Source: a virus
Lineage: Duplodnaviria > Caudoviricetes
DNA: 64,000 nucleotides
Reading direction: 5' to 3' (one strand)
Virus record (IMG/VR): IMGVR_UViG_3300032004_000002
Coordinates: 1-64,000 of that record
Positions 51,089 through 63,973 of this stretch are shown here, piece after piece. Every line of letters starts with the position of its first letter. Within the stretch, counting starts at the first letter, position 1. The notes under the pieces were generated by a model. That model saw nothing but the letters and a program-made list of their open reading frames with translations. It was not told where the DNA came from and did no database searches. The translations under genes were made by a program, and so were the position numbers.

Positions 51089-51745
51089 TCAAGCGTCCTT
51101 TGGAAGATTCCCATAATTTTCATACCTATCAATCAGAGCCTTTGCAACCCTTTCATCGGTCTGTTCTTTGGCAAGTATACGAGCCTGCTCTAATTTAAAC
51201 TTTAACCAAGCTTTGTGTCCCTCTTTTGGGTCATTATATAATCCCAGATGTTTACTTTTATTCATAACGACATCCCTGCACTCAGCTTTATATTTACCCG
51301 AGTTACTATCAAAACTTACGCCAATAAGGGAACCATTTTCCTCCGAACCTCTTTTGTTACCAATGAATGTATTTATTCTAGCATCAATAAAAACACAAGT
51401 GTCCGGGCCGTATACCTTATTTCCTGGGACTAAAATGTCTTTATCTAACTCTTTACCCTCCCAAGGTTGTGAAACCATCCAAGCCTTGAAGTTACTGAAT
51501 AAGAGCCATTCCTGTATAACTAAACAGCCAACGTAGGTAGGATAATCCAAAAGAAACTTGCTGCTATAGCAACGTCTGAGCATACCACACCACCGTTGGT
51601 AGAAGGGGCAGACCCTGAGTGTTGTTGTCTTATCACCTGGGATATCCCGTTTGTACACAGTATAGTCAGCATCGTTGATACCAATGCCGTAAATTAGTCC
51701 TCTATTTCTATTCATATATTCCTTCCTCAATAAAGAAACCCACAA
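51089..51745 (-). mobile_element. HNH-like homing endonuclease
   Basis: YGIGIND, YQRWCGML.RC, ELDKDIL.PGNKVYGPDTC..N; AP2-like C-terminus. Confidence 0.75.
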
Positions 51746-52748
51746 TTAAGTGGGCAAATTTTTCACGCTGTTAAATCAATCCCAATTGCCACGTTTCATA
51801 CTACGTTCTTCACGCCGTGATTTATCACGATTCCGCTTCCCCTCTCGCCACTCATCCCGCCCCTTCCCACGTACATCTCTATATTCATCCATCGTACTAT
51901 CTACGCTATATTCTTCAAACTCTTCAGCAATCATTGTCTCTTCTTCCCAGGCATTTAGGTAGTCAAAATCTTGTATTGTTGTCATTTAGTTTAAACTAAC
52001 CTTGTCAGACCAGAAGTCAAAATCAGCCACAATAAACGGGGATAAGTCATCCTCGACAAACACACCATCGGGACCGTATGTCACACTATCAATTTCCAAT
52101 CGGTTGCGCATATGATTAAAATTACCAGCCCAATATGTACCAAACTCTGTTGGTTTATTGTCGCCTTTCAAGGTGATAGCCTTCATTTCCCTTCTCCCAC
52201 ACCTTTAGTTTGTATCCCATGCCCATAAAAGGGAATCACATTGCTCATTTCTACACACCACTCTCCATCTGTGTTTCGTCCAAGCTTTGCGCTAAAGGGC
52301 TTACCCTTAGAACTTGCTTCAGAGATGCTTTGCTCATAGAGAGTGTGTAAATGTTGTGAAGCTTGATTGAGGTTCATTTATTATTCTCCTGTCCCAACTA
52401 CACCACCACGACTTTCAATAACAGCCTCGATGACAGATACTGGTACATAGGCGTATACAGTATCTGTTGGGCATGATTCGTCTTCAACGTAAGGCATCAG
52501 TTCATCAATTTCTACCGAAGGAAACCCAATTTCAAACTCTTCATAGTTCCAGTAATGGGTATCGATTCGTGGTGAACAGTAGTGAAAGTTTGAGGCTTGA
52601 ACAGACATCGTGGTGCCATCACCCAACACCAAGGTTTTAGTATTAGTCGAACGACCTTCACGACGGCCCTCTTCCATAATCATTGTAAAATGCTTTTTCA
52701 TCTCAAATCTCCTGTTTCATATTAGGCTTTTGCCTTTGTCTAAGCTGA

Positions 52749-52777
52749 ATTCTAGGCTGATTGGATAGGGGTGTCAA
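52749..52777 (-). promoter_or_regulatory. sigma70 promoter TTGACA-17-TAGAAT
   Basis: Intergenic, near-consensus. Confidence 0.75.
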
Positions 52778-52809
52778 GCGTTACACGCTCGAATCAAGCG
52801 TATTTTCAA

Positions 52810-53208
52810 TTATTTTAAGCAAAGATTTCTATTATCCCATCCAAAATGCTCAAGAAGAATGTCGCACATAATCTCCCAAGCTTTAGGACTTTTCTCAGCC
52901 ATCCTAGCAAGCCCTGTACCAATCCCACCAGAGGGGAATACGATTGTGTGAGATTGAGCTAGAATATAAAGCTTTCGTAAATCAGCCTTGACAGCTTCAA
53001 TCTCATCAGGTTTGTCTGAGAAATAAGCCCAATCATCACGGCTAGGGTAGCGCTTTGTAACCACACCAAAAGCATTAGGACAATCACGGATAATGGCTTG
53101 TCCACCTTTACCGTATCGCTTTAAGTTGTCACCATAGACGTAAATTGTCTCAGGAAATAACAGAGGCATATCATGAACATAATTTATTGCACAGACATTA
53201 ATGTCCAT
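52810..53208 (-). CDS. conserved phage protein, possibly macrodomain-like
   Basis: YVYGDN..RYGKGGQA..R..PNAFG..TK; glycine-rich loop reminiscent of macro folds. Confidence 0.4.
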   Translation of the reverse strand: MDINVCAINYVHDMPLLFPETIYVYGDNLKRYGKGGQAIIRDCPNAFGVVTKRYPSRDDWAYFSDKPDEIEAVKADLRKLYILAQSHTIVFPSGGIGTGLARMAEKSPKAWEIMCDILLEHFGWDNRNLCLK

Positions 53209-54347
53209 CTTGCACCAGCAGTTCAGAAATTTTCTTCACCCTGTCCAAATACCCTTGTGTATTTTCATCCCACTTAAGGTCGTTCTCGTAAGAGAAAGTC
53301 CAATTGCTAAGATGTTCTTTGGCTGCTGTCTCAGAATCAAGCTCAAGGGCATACCCCAAATCGTACGACAAATCTGACCAACCTTGAAGGTATTCAGGTT
53401 CGTACAAGTCTCCAGTCATAGGACCAAAGTAGGCATCTGGCTGTGTTTGGGCAATAGCTTTTTGTAATGCTAGGAGGTAGGTCATTTCCAACCCTCAAAA
53501 ATTGTTTCGTAAACTTCTTTACCATTCGGAGTGCTGACCTTAAGCTTCTCAGTAATCCAGTCTGTATTCTGATGGAATACTTGACCAGCACAGAAAATAG
53601 CTTGGGACAAATCAGTACCAACGACTTGATAGTTCTTTATGCGGGTTTCATCTTTGTCAATATGAATCTGTTCAACATACACATCATAGATTTTCATCTC
53701 ACACCCCACCTAAGTTTTTAGCTACCGACTTGACAAGCTCGCCTCTGAAATGACTTGAGCCTACAAGGTTCTTGCCATCACAACATAGCCACATATTCTT
53801 CTCAGACACTTTATCATGTGTCTTGCTGAATGTGAAGCCAGCTTGAATTAGAGCTTGTTCTACTTGGGATGTGTTCATACCAACCTCACTACATAGCGAA
53901 CAGCACCATAGGTCAAGTCTTTCTTGTTAGCAAAGTTACGTGCTGCTTGGCCTTTACCTTCACCATATTGCTTGATCACTGCTTTGGTTTGGATGTCTAC
54001 CACTTCGTATGCGATTTTTATGGCTGTGATTCCTATATGTTGTTTGTATAGAGACAGAATAGCTAGAGTGGAAGGTTGTGTCAAGGATTATCTTCAGCTA
54101 TACCCAACTTTCTCTTTAACACTCTCAAGCACTTCCAAAGCTTCAGCCTTAAGCCTACATTCTGTCAAGTAATTAATAATCCCCATCAGACCAAATGCAT
54201 TGATCGTTCCCCAGCTATAACCGTAGAAATGATAAGCTTCTGTGTAGCTTTTAGAGGTTATCATCAAATGAAAAGATTCTCTACTCCATTTTATAGCTTC
54301 GTCAGTGGTCATATTTCATCTCATATCTGTTATTTGATGCAGAAAAA

Positions 54348-54366
54348 GAGGGGCATAAAGCCCCTC
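54348..54366. terminator. intrinsic terminator
   Basis: GAGGGGC-ATAAA-GCCCCTC with TTTTT on the minus strand. Confidence 0.8.
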
Positions 54367-57257
54367 AATTGATCTACCATCAGTTGGCACGCGCAACTGT
54401 ACGGAACGCTTCTTGAAGGCGTGGTTTATCCCTAACTTTTCCATCTTGACGATAGACACGATAGGTTCCATCGCTGAGCTTGCGAATCACTCCAAGCAGA
54501 TTACCCGATGCATCATAGCAATGACGTACACCACTGCCAGCAACATCACTAAATTTCCCATAAACGACATTGGTCTTCATTTTGTATATCTCCATAGAAT
54601 TAATAGTGCACCTGATCGATGCCATCTCTCTTTTCTGGAAAACTACATTTCGTTTCCATGGACAAATCTTAGGATAGCTTTTTAGGAAAAGCAATAGCCT
54701 TTTTGAATATTTTTCTATAAATTTCTCTGTTTTAAGCTATCTTCTTGATTTTACAGGGAAATTATTTCCAACTGAATCACCTCAGCCATAACGATAGGCT
54801 CGGCTACGACATCCTTCTTCTTAGCCTTTCTGTTCACAAGGATTGTTTTGCTTGAACGTGTCACCCCTAAAGCCTTAGCAATCTGAAGGATGCTGCTGTC
54901 CTTGACGGGGCGAATGTCGTAACAAGAGCTATCCACGGCATAAAACCCTAAGACAGCTCCAATGATAGGATTGCCTTCCCCGTCGAATGTGATGCGTACA
55001 TTGTAAGAACGATTCTTAATTGAATTTGACATTTTTAGCGCTCCTGTTCTTTGTTTGTGCTTCTGTTTGTAATGATAGAGAGACAGGTGGCAAATAGCAA
55101 TGACAATTTGAGAGAAGAAGTGTAAAGATTTTGTAAGGAGGGGAACTAAACTGGAAATGGAAAATACATTCTGGATGGAATATTTATTTTATGGGGAAGC
55201 CCTCGTGAGAGGGCTGGGGTTATTTCTCTACCTTTACAACGTCTTCAAATGCACGTTGACTGACAATTGTATCATTCCAACCATTTCGGTACTCTTCATG
55301 CTCAATTTTCACTGTCTTTTTGTTGATTTGTACGATAAAACCGGTGTGTAAAGCCATCTTCTGAGCTTTCCCGAACACAACCTTGTCTCCTACATTTAGC
55401 TCGTTTCCTAGGATGTCTTTTGTTGACATTAATAGTCCCCAATCAATACAAGTGGTTGCAAAATGTAAACTGATTGTTCATCAAATTTCTTCTTATGAAA
55501 CTCATAATAACTACTTGATGGGTGGTAAGGTTGTTTAGCGAACGACCACCAACTAGCCTTAGCACCCTGTTCAGATTCATATAAACCACCAAAGCGACTA
55601 CCGTCGCGGCTGTCAATGATTACCCAAGCTTCAATTCTATGTGTCATTCTTCATCTTCCTCTTTAGGTTATTGCCAATCTGGCGGGCGGGACAAATCCCA
55701 ACCATTCTCACCTCAATATTGACACTGAGAGCATTCACAATGATTAGGCAGATTGCAAGAATCTTTCCCGAAGTTGATATAATCTGTCATTTATAAGTCC
55801 TCTTCATCCCACGATGTAATAGATATGACTCCCCTGTCTTCTCATCCAATCCCATAACAACTGTCACCAACCATCCAAGATCATCGATAGACTCTACAAC
55901 AGAGATCTTTAGAGTGGTGGCGTGTAGATCAGGCCATTTGAATATACTTTTGTCTGTGAGTTCTTTGCTGAATACTGAAGTCATAATATCACCAATCAAT
56001 ATCAATGACATAATCACCAGCTTCAATCAAGCCCTTCTCATGCAAATCATTAGCAATCATCTGCACATCAGGATAGAAATTCCTTTCCCACCAAAGCTTA
56101 ATGTAATGGCCACCGCCATCTGCAATTGGTTGTTTAGGGTCCCGCTCAAGCCAAGCTTTAAAGCTTACGCCCATATCCTCATGATTAACAATCTCTGGAA
56201 CTGTATCATTCTCATAATCATAAGCTTCATCAGGAATTGTAATCTGCACACGTTGACGTTCTTTACAGCCATCTTGTTGCTGAAAGCTATAAGGTCGTCC
56301 GTATGTGTTGATTACAAGATTATCCCAATCACCTACATCAATAACTTGTTCTGTTCGTGTTGTAATGTTCATTTAATCTCTCCTAAAAATAAACTGTAGA
56401 AGGGTGGATATCAAACCCATCATAATAAGAATCAACAGAATGAATATATTCTCTCAACTCTTGTTCATTTTCTATTGGTGGACATGAGAAATTGGATTCG
56501 TAAGCACCATCTGTGTTGAACCTACTTTCTTTCCAGATATGCACTTCAGAGGATGAATCTGAACAGCATCCACACCCTTCTGCCCAACTGTAGTATTCGT
56601 ATAGGATAATGTATTTCATTTCACTAGCACCTTCTGACTTACATTAGAAATTAAGTATCCACCGATAGACATGACAATCAATGTACTAAATGTTGATTGG
56701 TCAATCTTCGCATACCAAAGCAGAAGTGTAAACACAAGGCTAAAGAATACACTCACCCATAGTTTCCTACTTGTCCATTTGGAGGGTGTCGTTTCTGTTG
56801 AAACGTTTTCTGTTGTGTCGTTCATTCTATTCTCCATTATCTACAACAGTTATACCAGAACGCTCAAGAAGAATATTTCTAGTAATCTGCACTTCATTAC
56901 GGTCTTCAACACCAAACCACTGATGAGAATTCCAAACACCAAACTTACGGATTGCGTTGTTCCACATGTCTTCTCCTGTACGTTCTTCGACAAGAGGAAT
57001 TTCATTTGGTCCGAGATAGTCTTTCATTTCACAACCCTCAAGTCTTCAATTTTAGGGAATCTTTCGTATTTATTTTCAGGGTTAGGATTACACCAAACAG
57101 ACCCTTTAATTCTGTAAGCGATAATCCTGTTATCCTCTACGACATACTCTGATTCGTAGAAATCAAAATCATCTGTGTAGTAGTGAGTGGCTTTCATTGC
57201 TGTTTCTCCTCAACAAATCGCAAATTTATATTCTTTACTTGACTTCATCACGTCATT

Positions 57258-57417
57258 TCACTTATCAACAGCTTCCGTCACGCTAGTGACCCCTCTCACA
57301 GACATCTTAACCCCATGAAATTTGCCAAATAATAGCTTTCTCTTTTGCTTCGATTACAGCTTGTTCAATAGATGTCCCGGCTAGGAATTCTACGTTGATG
57401 CAGATGTTTGAGTTCAT
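57258..57417 (-). pseudogene. probable frameshifted small gene
   Basis: MNSNICINVEFLAGTSIEQAVIEAKEKAIIWQI then stop; another frame continues FHGVKMSVRGVTSV; span is 160 nt. Confidence 0.4.
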
Positions 57418-57418
57418 T

Positions 57419-58009
57419 TCAAACCTCATTTAAACATTGATTAATAAGAGAATCCCTTGCTTTCTCCATACTACCACAAGAAAACCTACCTTCAAACCGT
57501 TCTTTCATTTTCTGCCCATGCTTATCAGACCAGCGATAATTTTCTTTCAAGAACATGACTCGACTAGCAATAGTTAGTTTGAAATCTCGGTGCAAGTGAA
57601 TCTCACCAACTTGACTGTACCAAGCTTTGCAGATACTCACATCCATGTTATCAACCACTTTAAAACGGTGTTTAGGCTCATTCATCTGAATCAGTTGAAC
57701 TTTCATACCGTCCACTTCAACATTCCAAATACGTTGCAACCCTTCCATACGTGCATAGAGCTCATTGGTTGCTGGACACTTGACAGGTGTTGCATCCAGT
57801 CCAACACGTTTAAGTTGTTTCTCTACTCGGTTAAACACAGAACCTGTAGAACAAAAATAGAAGTCAAGGTCATTACATTCCTGTCCAAGATACCAATCTC
57901 GTGGGGCACCGCCTGCAAGAACACAGGATGGATCGATAAGTGTTAGCATATCATACACTTTGTTTGCAACTTGTTTCTGATTTTCGATATTCATTTCAAA
58001 TACTCCCAT
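57419..58009 (-). CDS. minimal nucleotidyltransferase (CCA-adding/poly(A) polymerase head domain)
   Basis: LAGGAPRD and DLDF catalytic motifs; D.SIC downstream. Confidence 0.8.
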   Translation of the reverse strand: MGVFEMNIENQKQVANKVYDMLTLIDPSCVLAGGAPRDWYLGQECNDLDFYFCSTGSVFNRVEKQLKRVGLDATPVKCPATNELYARMEGLQRIWNVEVDGMKVQLIQMNEPKHRFKVVDNMDVSICKAWYSQVGEIHLHRDFKLTIASRVMFLKENYRWSDKHGQKMKERFEGRFSCGSMEKARDSLINQCLNEV

Positions 58010-58313
58010 AAAAGATTTGGATTACGTTCTGTATAGAAATACTCCCAAAGCCCCGTTTCCTGCCAATGCCTCAGCGTAAGAAGGCTATCCAGCACTGTAG
58101 TCTTATACCTTGCACCAACATACCAATATTCAGGGAACAAAGCAAGATATTCTTCCTCTGTGTAGTAGGAGAGGAATACTTTGTCTTCTTCGTTGAGGCG
58201 CCTAGTTGAATCGTATTTCTCCCACCAGCATGGTGAGTACCATTCATATTTTGGTGGATTTGGGCCGAAGAATTCGGGAAACCATTTCCTGAACCATGAG
58301 TCACTTAGCATGA

Positions 58314-58805
58314 TTAATACTCCAAATCTTCAAGGTTGAAATTGCTTTCAGGATAATAGTTAATGTCAGGCATATTGTCAAGGACATCTTCAGGAAAATC
58401 GTACTCAAATTCCAACATCTCAATGACTACAGCAGCCTTTTGGCTGCCTTTCTTCTTATCTTTATACCACAATTGTAGGTTTGGTACGTATGTATAGACG
58501 TTCTTAGGATATCCGTTGAACCTCTTTTTATATACAGTTGTCAAACCATCTTCAATGAATTTCCTAAGAATATTCCCTGTTGCCTTCAAGTCCATGTTGC
58601 ACATATCAGCGATAGATTGCTGTGTGTCATAATACTCATTTCCAAGACTCTTGAAGAAGTCAAATCTATTTTTTAGATGTGCATAAATAACCTTATCACT
58701 AAGGTTCATCTTGACACATTCACCGTTGCTATTTACATACCCGCCAGCATTCAACAGCTTATAGGGCATCATCAGAAATTGGTTTTCGTTCCTTTGCTTT
58801 GACAT
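58314..58805 (-). CDS. winged-HTH protein, replication-initiator-like
   Basis: LSDKVIYAHL..TQQSIADMCNMDLKATGNILRKF HTH. Confidence 0.55.
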   Translation of the reverse strand: MSKQRNENQFLMMPYKLLNAGGYVNSNGECVKMNLSDKVIYAHLKNRFDFFKSLGNEYYDTQQSIADMCNMDLKATGNILRKFIEDGLTTVYKKRFNGYPKNVYTYVPNLQLWYKDKKKGSQKAAVVIEMLEFEYDFPEDVLDNMPDINYYPESNFNLEDLEY

Positions 58806-58868
58806 ACATTACCTTTGTTCTTAAAGTTCTTTTCATTTGGTTGTGATTCCTAAAGTTCTTAAATTTTA

Positions 58869-58997
58869 TTAACTGTTCTTCATTTCAGACACCTCCATAA
58901 TTTTAAACATACACTGCAAAATAAAGGATTGACGGGATTTACTCCCACGATTCTGGTCAATCCAAGTCAGCAAGTGTTTAGGGATAATAAGGCTCAT
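58869..58997 (-). CDS. 42-aa ribbon-helix-helix-like protein
   Basis: GGAG RBS before ATG 58997; MSLIIPKHLLTWIDQNRGSKSRQSFILQCM. Confidence 0.45.
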   Translation of the reverse strand: MSLIIPKHLLTWIDQNRGSKSRQSFILQCMFKIMEVSEMKNS

Positions 58998-59262
58998 TTG
59001 TAACTCTCCATAGGGATAATTTCGTATGGGGTAAAAATGCCCATACACATTCATATCTCTTTCACTTCGTTCTGGCACACAAACAATATTAAGAGCATAC
59101 ACCGATGTGATGCCGAATGCAAGACAAGGCATGCAGATATGCAATCAAAAGAAAAAGATCTTCGCTCTGCTCATGTCGTGCTCCGATCTTAAATTGTACG
59201 CTATCTATTTATCAATCTTGTTATTTCAATCTATTTTATTCAATATAATTATTGGTGTTAAA

Positions 59263-59307
59263 ATACCCATAGGGTGTGTGGCGAAAGTACCTACAGGCTA
59301 TGGGTAT
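59263..59307. repeat. 10-bp perfect inverted repeat next to an AT-rich tract
   Basis: ATACCCATAG...CTATGGGTAT. Confidence 0.7.
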
Positions 59308-60567
59308 AAAATGACTATAGACCATCTTCCCACTCAATCACTATTTCACCAGTCTTATGGTCATGAAACTCTAAATATTTCAACCCATCTCTAGGCACCC
59401 AATCAGATTCAACAAAACTAAACTGAACAGGAAAACCCTTATCCTTCAAGATCCTCATGATATTTGTATCTCCTCCAGGAGAAGGAGGACACTTCATTAT
59501 CTCATCCATCCCTATACGAATTTCTTTAATCATAACATGTGCTCCAAAGAATTGACAAACGAAAGATTCTCAAGCTCATTTGAATCAAAGTGAATTGTGT
59601 TCATCTTCCAAGGCTTACTAAAATACTGATCAATCTTCCCATTCAACTCAAGCCAAGTGTATTTCATCTCTGTCCAACTATCACACTGACCTTTAAACAA
59701 AATCTCTTGCCCAATATCTACGTCACCATCTGGACCATCATAACTGTAGTAACTGGTGTACGCTACAGAGATTTTGAAGACAACTTTCCACAAACCTTTG
59801 ACTTCCTCGTAATCGACACCAAACGTATTCAGATAGAAATCCCATTTGATGTAATCCTTAATATCATCCTCTACTCTGTATAAATCTCCAGCACACAGAG
59901 GAATAATCTTTACAGAATAATCTTCTTGACGAAGAGGGCTACACCACACTTCTACGATTGCTTTAATCATCTTCCAAATCCCCACTGCCGTTTGATAACC
60001 AAGCCATTTCAGCGTTGTAAGTCCCAGTGTCCCAAAATTGTAGAAGAATCCCACAGTCTAGGCAATAAAGATTAAAAGCCATGACATACCCATCAAGACT
60101 GTCCATCACTTTCTTATGGAAAGTAGTGCAACCACACTCGTAACATTTCTTTGGTGTCAAATCTTCGTTGTAGTGCTCTGAATCAAATGTTGGTGTCATT
60201 CTGTTTCCTCCCACATTGTATATTCTGACACACTATCGCTACAGCACCCACAGCCAAGATCATATGTGTTGTAGTAGTATTGGATTAGGCTGGTCATTTA
60301 TTCACCCCAATAGAAATCAAAAATTGTATTGAACGTTTCACGACCTTGGAAACTATGTTTACGCAAATTTTCCTTGGCAAATTCTGGTGTACGGTCCCAC
60401 CAATTAAGAGCTTGCTTCATTGTCCGAGAGTCATCCCCCTGCGCCTCTTTATGCTGTTCAATTGTACTCAAAGAATGCATGAAAATGGCATGACTGTAGC
60501 TATATTCTTCTTTGTTCATCTCTATCTCCCAGCAGCCCAAATGCTGCTTTATCTGTGAATGTCCCTC

Positions 60568-60671
60568 ATTATGGAGTGAGCCAAGGATGATGTCAAGGGA
60601 TGGTGTGGAGATATTTTTCTGGAAATTTTGTGAAGGGAGGGGGTTGACGTAGGGAATGTGTGTGGTAAGGT
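60568..60671. promoter_or_regulatory. second divergent sigma70 promoter pair
   Basis: Leftward TTGACA-17-CATAAT (60596-60568); rightward TTGACG-16-TAAGGT (from 60644). Confidence 0.7.
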
Positions 60672-63600
60672 GTGTCCAGAAAGCTTGGTTGGCAAGCCTA
60701 ACAGGAGAATTGAGATGACTAGGTTATACACTGTTCACGACAATACAAAAGGGAACACAAAGATTTTTAATGAGACTGATCTGTTTGAATTTCTTATGCA
60801 GGTGTGCGTAAAATATGACTTTACGTCGTCTGACATGCTGTTCAAGGTCAACGAGTATGGACCTCAGATTGTAGGTAATCGTTATGTTGTTACAAAACAA
60901 CTGGATTCAAGTATTTACGGTTGATCCTTGACAATGAACATTTATGTGTCCACCCTAACACAACAAATGGATGGTGTCAGCGATGACGCACAGTTGTGCG
61001 AGCATTTGAAAGATGCTAAATTATTGTTGCATAAAATTAAATTGGAAGGAGAGAAGAGATGAGTAAAGAAAAAGATTTGAAGCATATGCTACGGTTGATT
61101 ACAAGCGTTTCTGAGGACTTGTTGGAACAGGTTATCAATGCTACTGAAGATTTTGATGATCCAATCAGCGAAGAAGAGATTGAAGAATATGAAGCATACT
61201 TCGCACAAGCTAAGGAGTTGTTGAAATGAGCAACGTAAATTGGGAAGTTGTGGCAAAAGAACAAATGAAGATTATTCAGGATAAAAACAAGCAGCTTGAT
61301 GTGGCGATTAACGCCATGCAAAATGCTGTTGAAAAGCTAGATGAATATGACAAATCTGACATCTGCTGGAACGCTGTGTTAGATTATGTTCTCAACAAAG
61401 GCTACATGGAATCTCCAATGGAATTCCTACGTTGCTGGAATGAAGGTAACTTTGAAGCATTGCGTGAAGAATGGCCTGATGCACCAGAAGAGATTTATCT
61501 TGCAGATCCACTTTACAAAGGGGAGAAATGATGGGTATGCAAAGTTGGGCATTCAGTATGCTGGTTATGCATGACCTTTGTGTTGATTTTTATGCTCATA
61601 TGATCACAGATACTGAAAATAATGAGTGGTATTGGCAGGGGTCGGATATTGAAAACTTCTACAGTTTGCTTGAAGAAGTGGTAGCAAGTCTACCTGAAGG
61701 AGAGAAGTGATGAGTACATTTGGTGATGGTACATTCAAGCAATATGTTTACGAAGAAATTAAGTATAAAATGGGTGATATGGATATGAAGCCATCAGAAG
61801 CTGTTCAGGAAGTTCTTGAGGTTTGTAGCTGGATTTTAGGCAGTGTTGACTATGATTCTGAAGCTTATCAACAGGGACTGCGAGACGCTAAGAGTAAATT
61901 CAAGAAAGAATTGGACCGATTGACTGATGATCAGTGAAATCCAAGTTGAACAGTATTGCTTTTATGTAGACTACTCTGTTGAGTCGGGCGACGATTATCA
62001 CTGCCTCGATTGGATTGACTGGACCTGCATCGGCGGCCATGTCTGTAACGAATTTGACGAAATCGTTGACAGTAGCCCAGAATGGATGCAGAATGAGGCT
62101 GAGTTGTTTAGTGAGTGGATTGATAAATTGATTAGAGAGGAGTTATTGAAATGAGTAAGATTACATTGTTATACTTTAAACCAAGTGGTAAATGGGGATA
62201 TGAAGGTCAACTTGACTTTTGTGACACGAACTCTATGTACCATCTAAATGAATTGGTACGAGAGTTGAAGTTTCTATGTCAGCTTCCGGGACTTGCATCT
62301 GGTAGTTGGGAGGGTCCTATTTATATTGACTCCTCAGAACATCCACTTGGATTTCCACAACTTATTATCTGAAGGTGAAGTAAATGAGCGAACTAACCTT
62401 TCTATTCCTTGGTATTTTCTTTGGAGTAATCTCTGCATTCTCTTATGTGACAGAGAATGAGTGGAATCAAGGGCAAGAGATGTGTAAACTAAATGGTGGA
62501 ATGCAGAAATTTGTTGCTAAGCCATTTGAGAATCCTGAAGTGACGTGTGTAAATGGTGCGTATTTTACATTGAAGAGGGGAGAGTGATGAATCCAACTAC
62601 AGCAACGCCAGTATTGAAAGTAATTTCTATTGATGATCTTGGTGTCAACATTGTAGAGCTTCCTCACGGAACTTTCCTTGTTGACGGTGAGGTTGTGAGC
62701 AACACAGGTTACAACTCTTACAACGCTAAACATCAGCTTGCAGTTAAAGATGTTGAGAATATTAAATCTATCAGCAAGACTAATATCCTTGTGGGCTATG
62801 TTCCAACAACTGAAGGTATTACAGACGATGTTCTGTCTGTTGAAGGCTACAATGATTTCCTTCAAGAGCTTAAGGTAAATTGCACTCAGGATGAAGATGG
62901 TGATATTGACTGGAGCGATCTAGACTCAGAGTTCACTTACCGTAAATTTATCTCTCAATGGAAAGCTAAGTACAAAGAAGAGATTACATACTCAGAGCCT
63001 CTGTTAGTGGATCGTAGTCACATCCGCCAAGACTCTGGCAATCCCTACATTGTTGCAGGCTTCTTGACTGGACGTTCTGATGTTCCTTTGTACAGCTACT
63101 CTCGCTCGAATGCTGTAGCATCTCTCTTGGCTAAGAAATTTGAAAGCCTCGGTATGGAATTTAAAGAAGGATTGAGCTATGGACAAACTGAGGGTAAGAA
63201 AGTTTGGAGTAATTCTAACCATTCTGGTCTTGAGTATGTGACAGCCTTCGGTAAATACATTATTGGTAAAAACATTGTAGCCAAAACACGAGGCGAGTTT
63301 AAAGGTTCATTTGAGCATCTTGAAAAGATTTACAAAGAAGATAAAGAGTGGATTGAGAATCTGATTCAGGTAGGATACAATCTGCACTTTCGTAATGAAG
63401 GAGCTTCCACGGTATTGCTCAGTGAAGTGTATAGTGGAATTAAAACTTGTATTAATTATGTGAATACCCTTGATGTCAAAGTGAAGTCTGAGACAAGTAA
63501 ACGTTCAGCACTTGCACAATTGAATAAACTTCTTGAAAGTGTTAATCAGGAGATTTTGAAATGAACGATTCCCTATCAATCTACAAAGCTATTATTCAGT

Positions 63601-63973
63601 CATATTCCGATTTACCCCTTACATCCTTGTACATGCTACAAGAGCTATTGGCTGAGGAAGTGAAGCTACGTCATATGGGATTTGCTAATATTGATGAATT
63701 TGAAAAGCCTAAAGCTAAATTTACAGTGATTAAGGGGGATAAGGTGTGAAGATTAAAGAATATAGTTTTGATAACGGTAAATATAAAATTCGTGTGGCAG
63801 ATGACGGCAGTATGATTAAGGCCTATAGATATGATGAATTTTGGCAAAATCTTATTGGCGATAATTTGACAGCATCTATGCTCAATAGGATTGATGAGCT
63901 TGAACAACAAGTTAGTAATACTGTATGGGAAGCATCTGCACGACATGCTCAAGCTACAGGGGGTTGGCAATGA
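60658..63973 (+). other. block of about 11 hypothetical ORFs, including a ~325-aa protein (62586..63564)
   Basis: Dense, coupled + strand ORFs. Confidence 0.7.

Larger units (their letters stand above)
47557..60540 (-). other. block of about 40 mostly hypothetical early ORFs with internal sigma70 promoters
   Basis: Dense minus-strand ORFs; repeated TTGACA-17-TAnnnT promoters. Confidence 0.7.
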
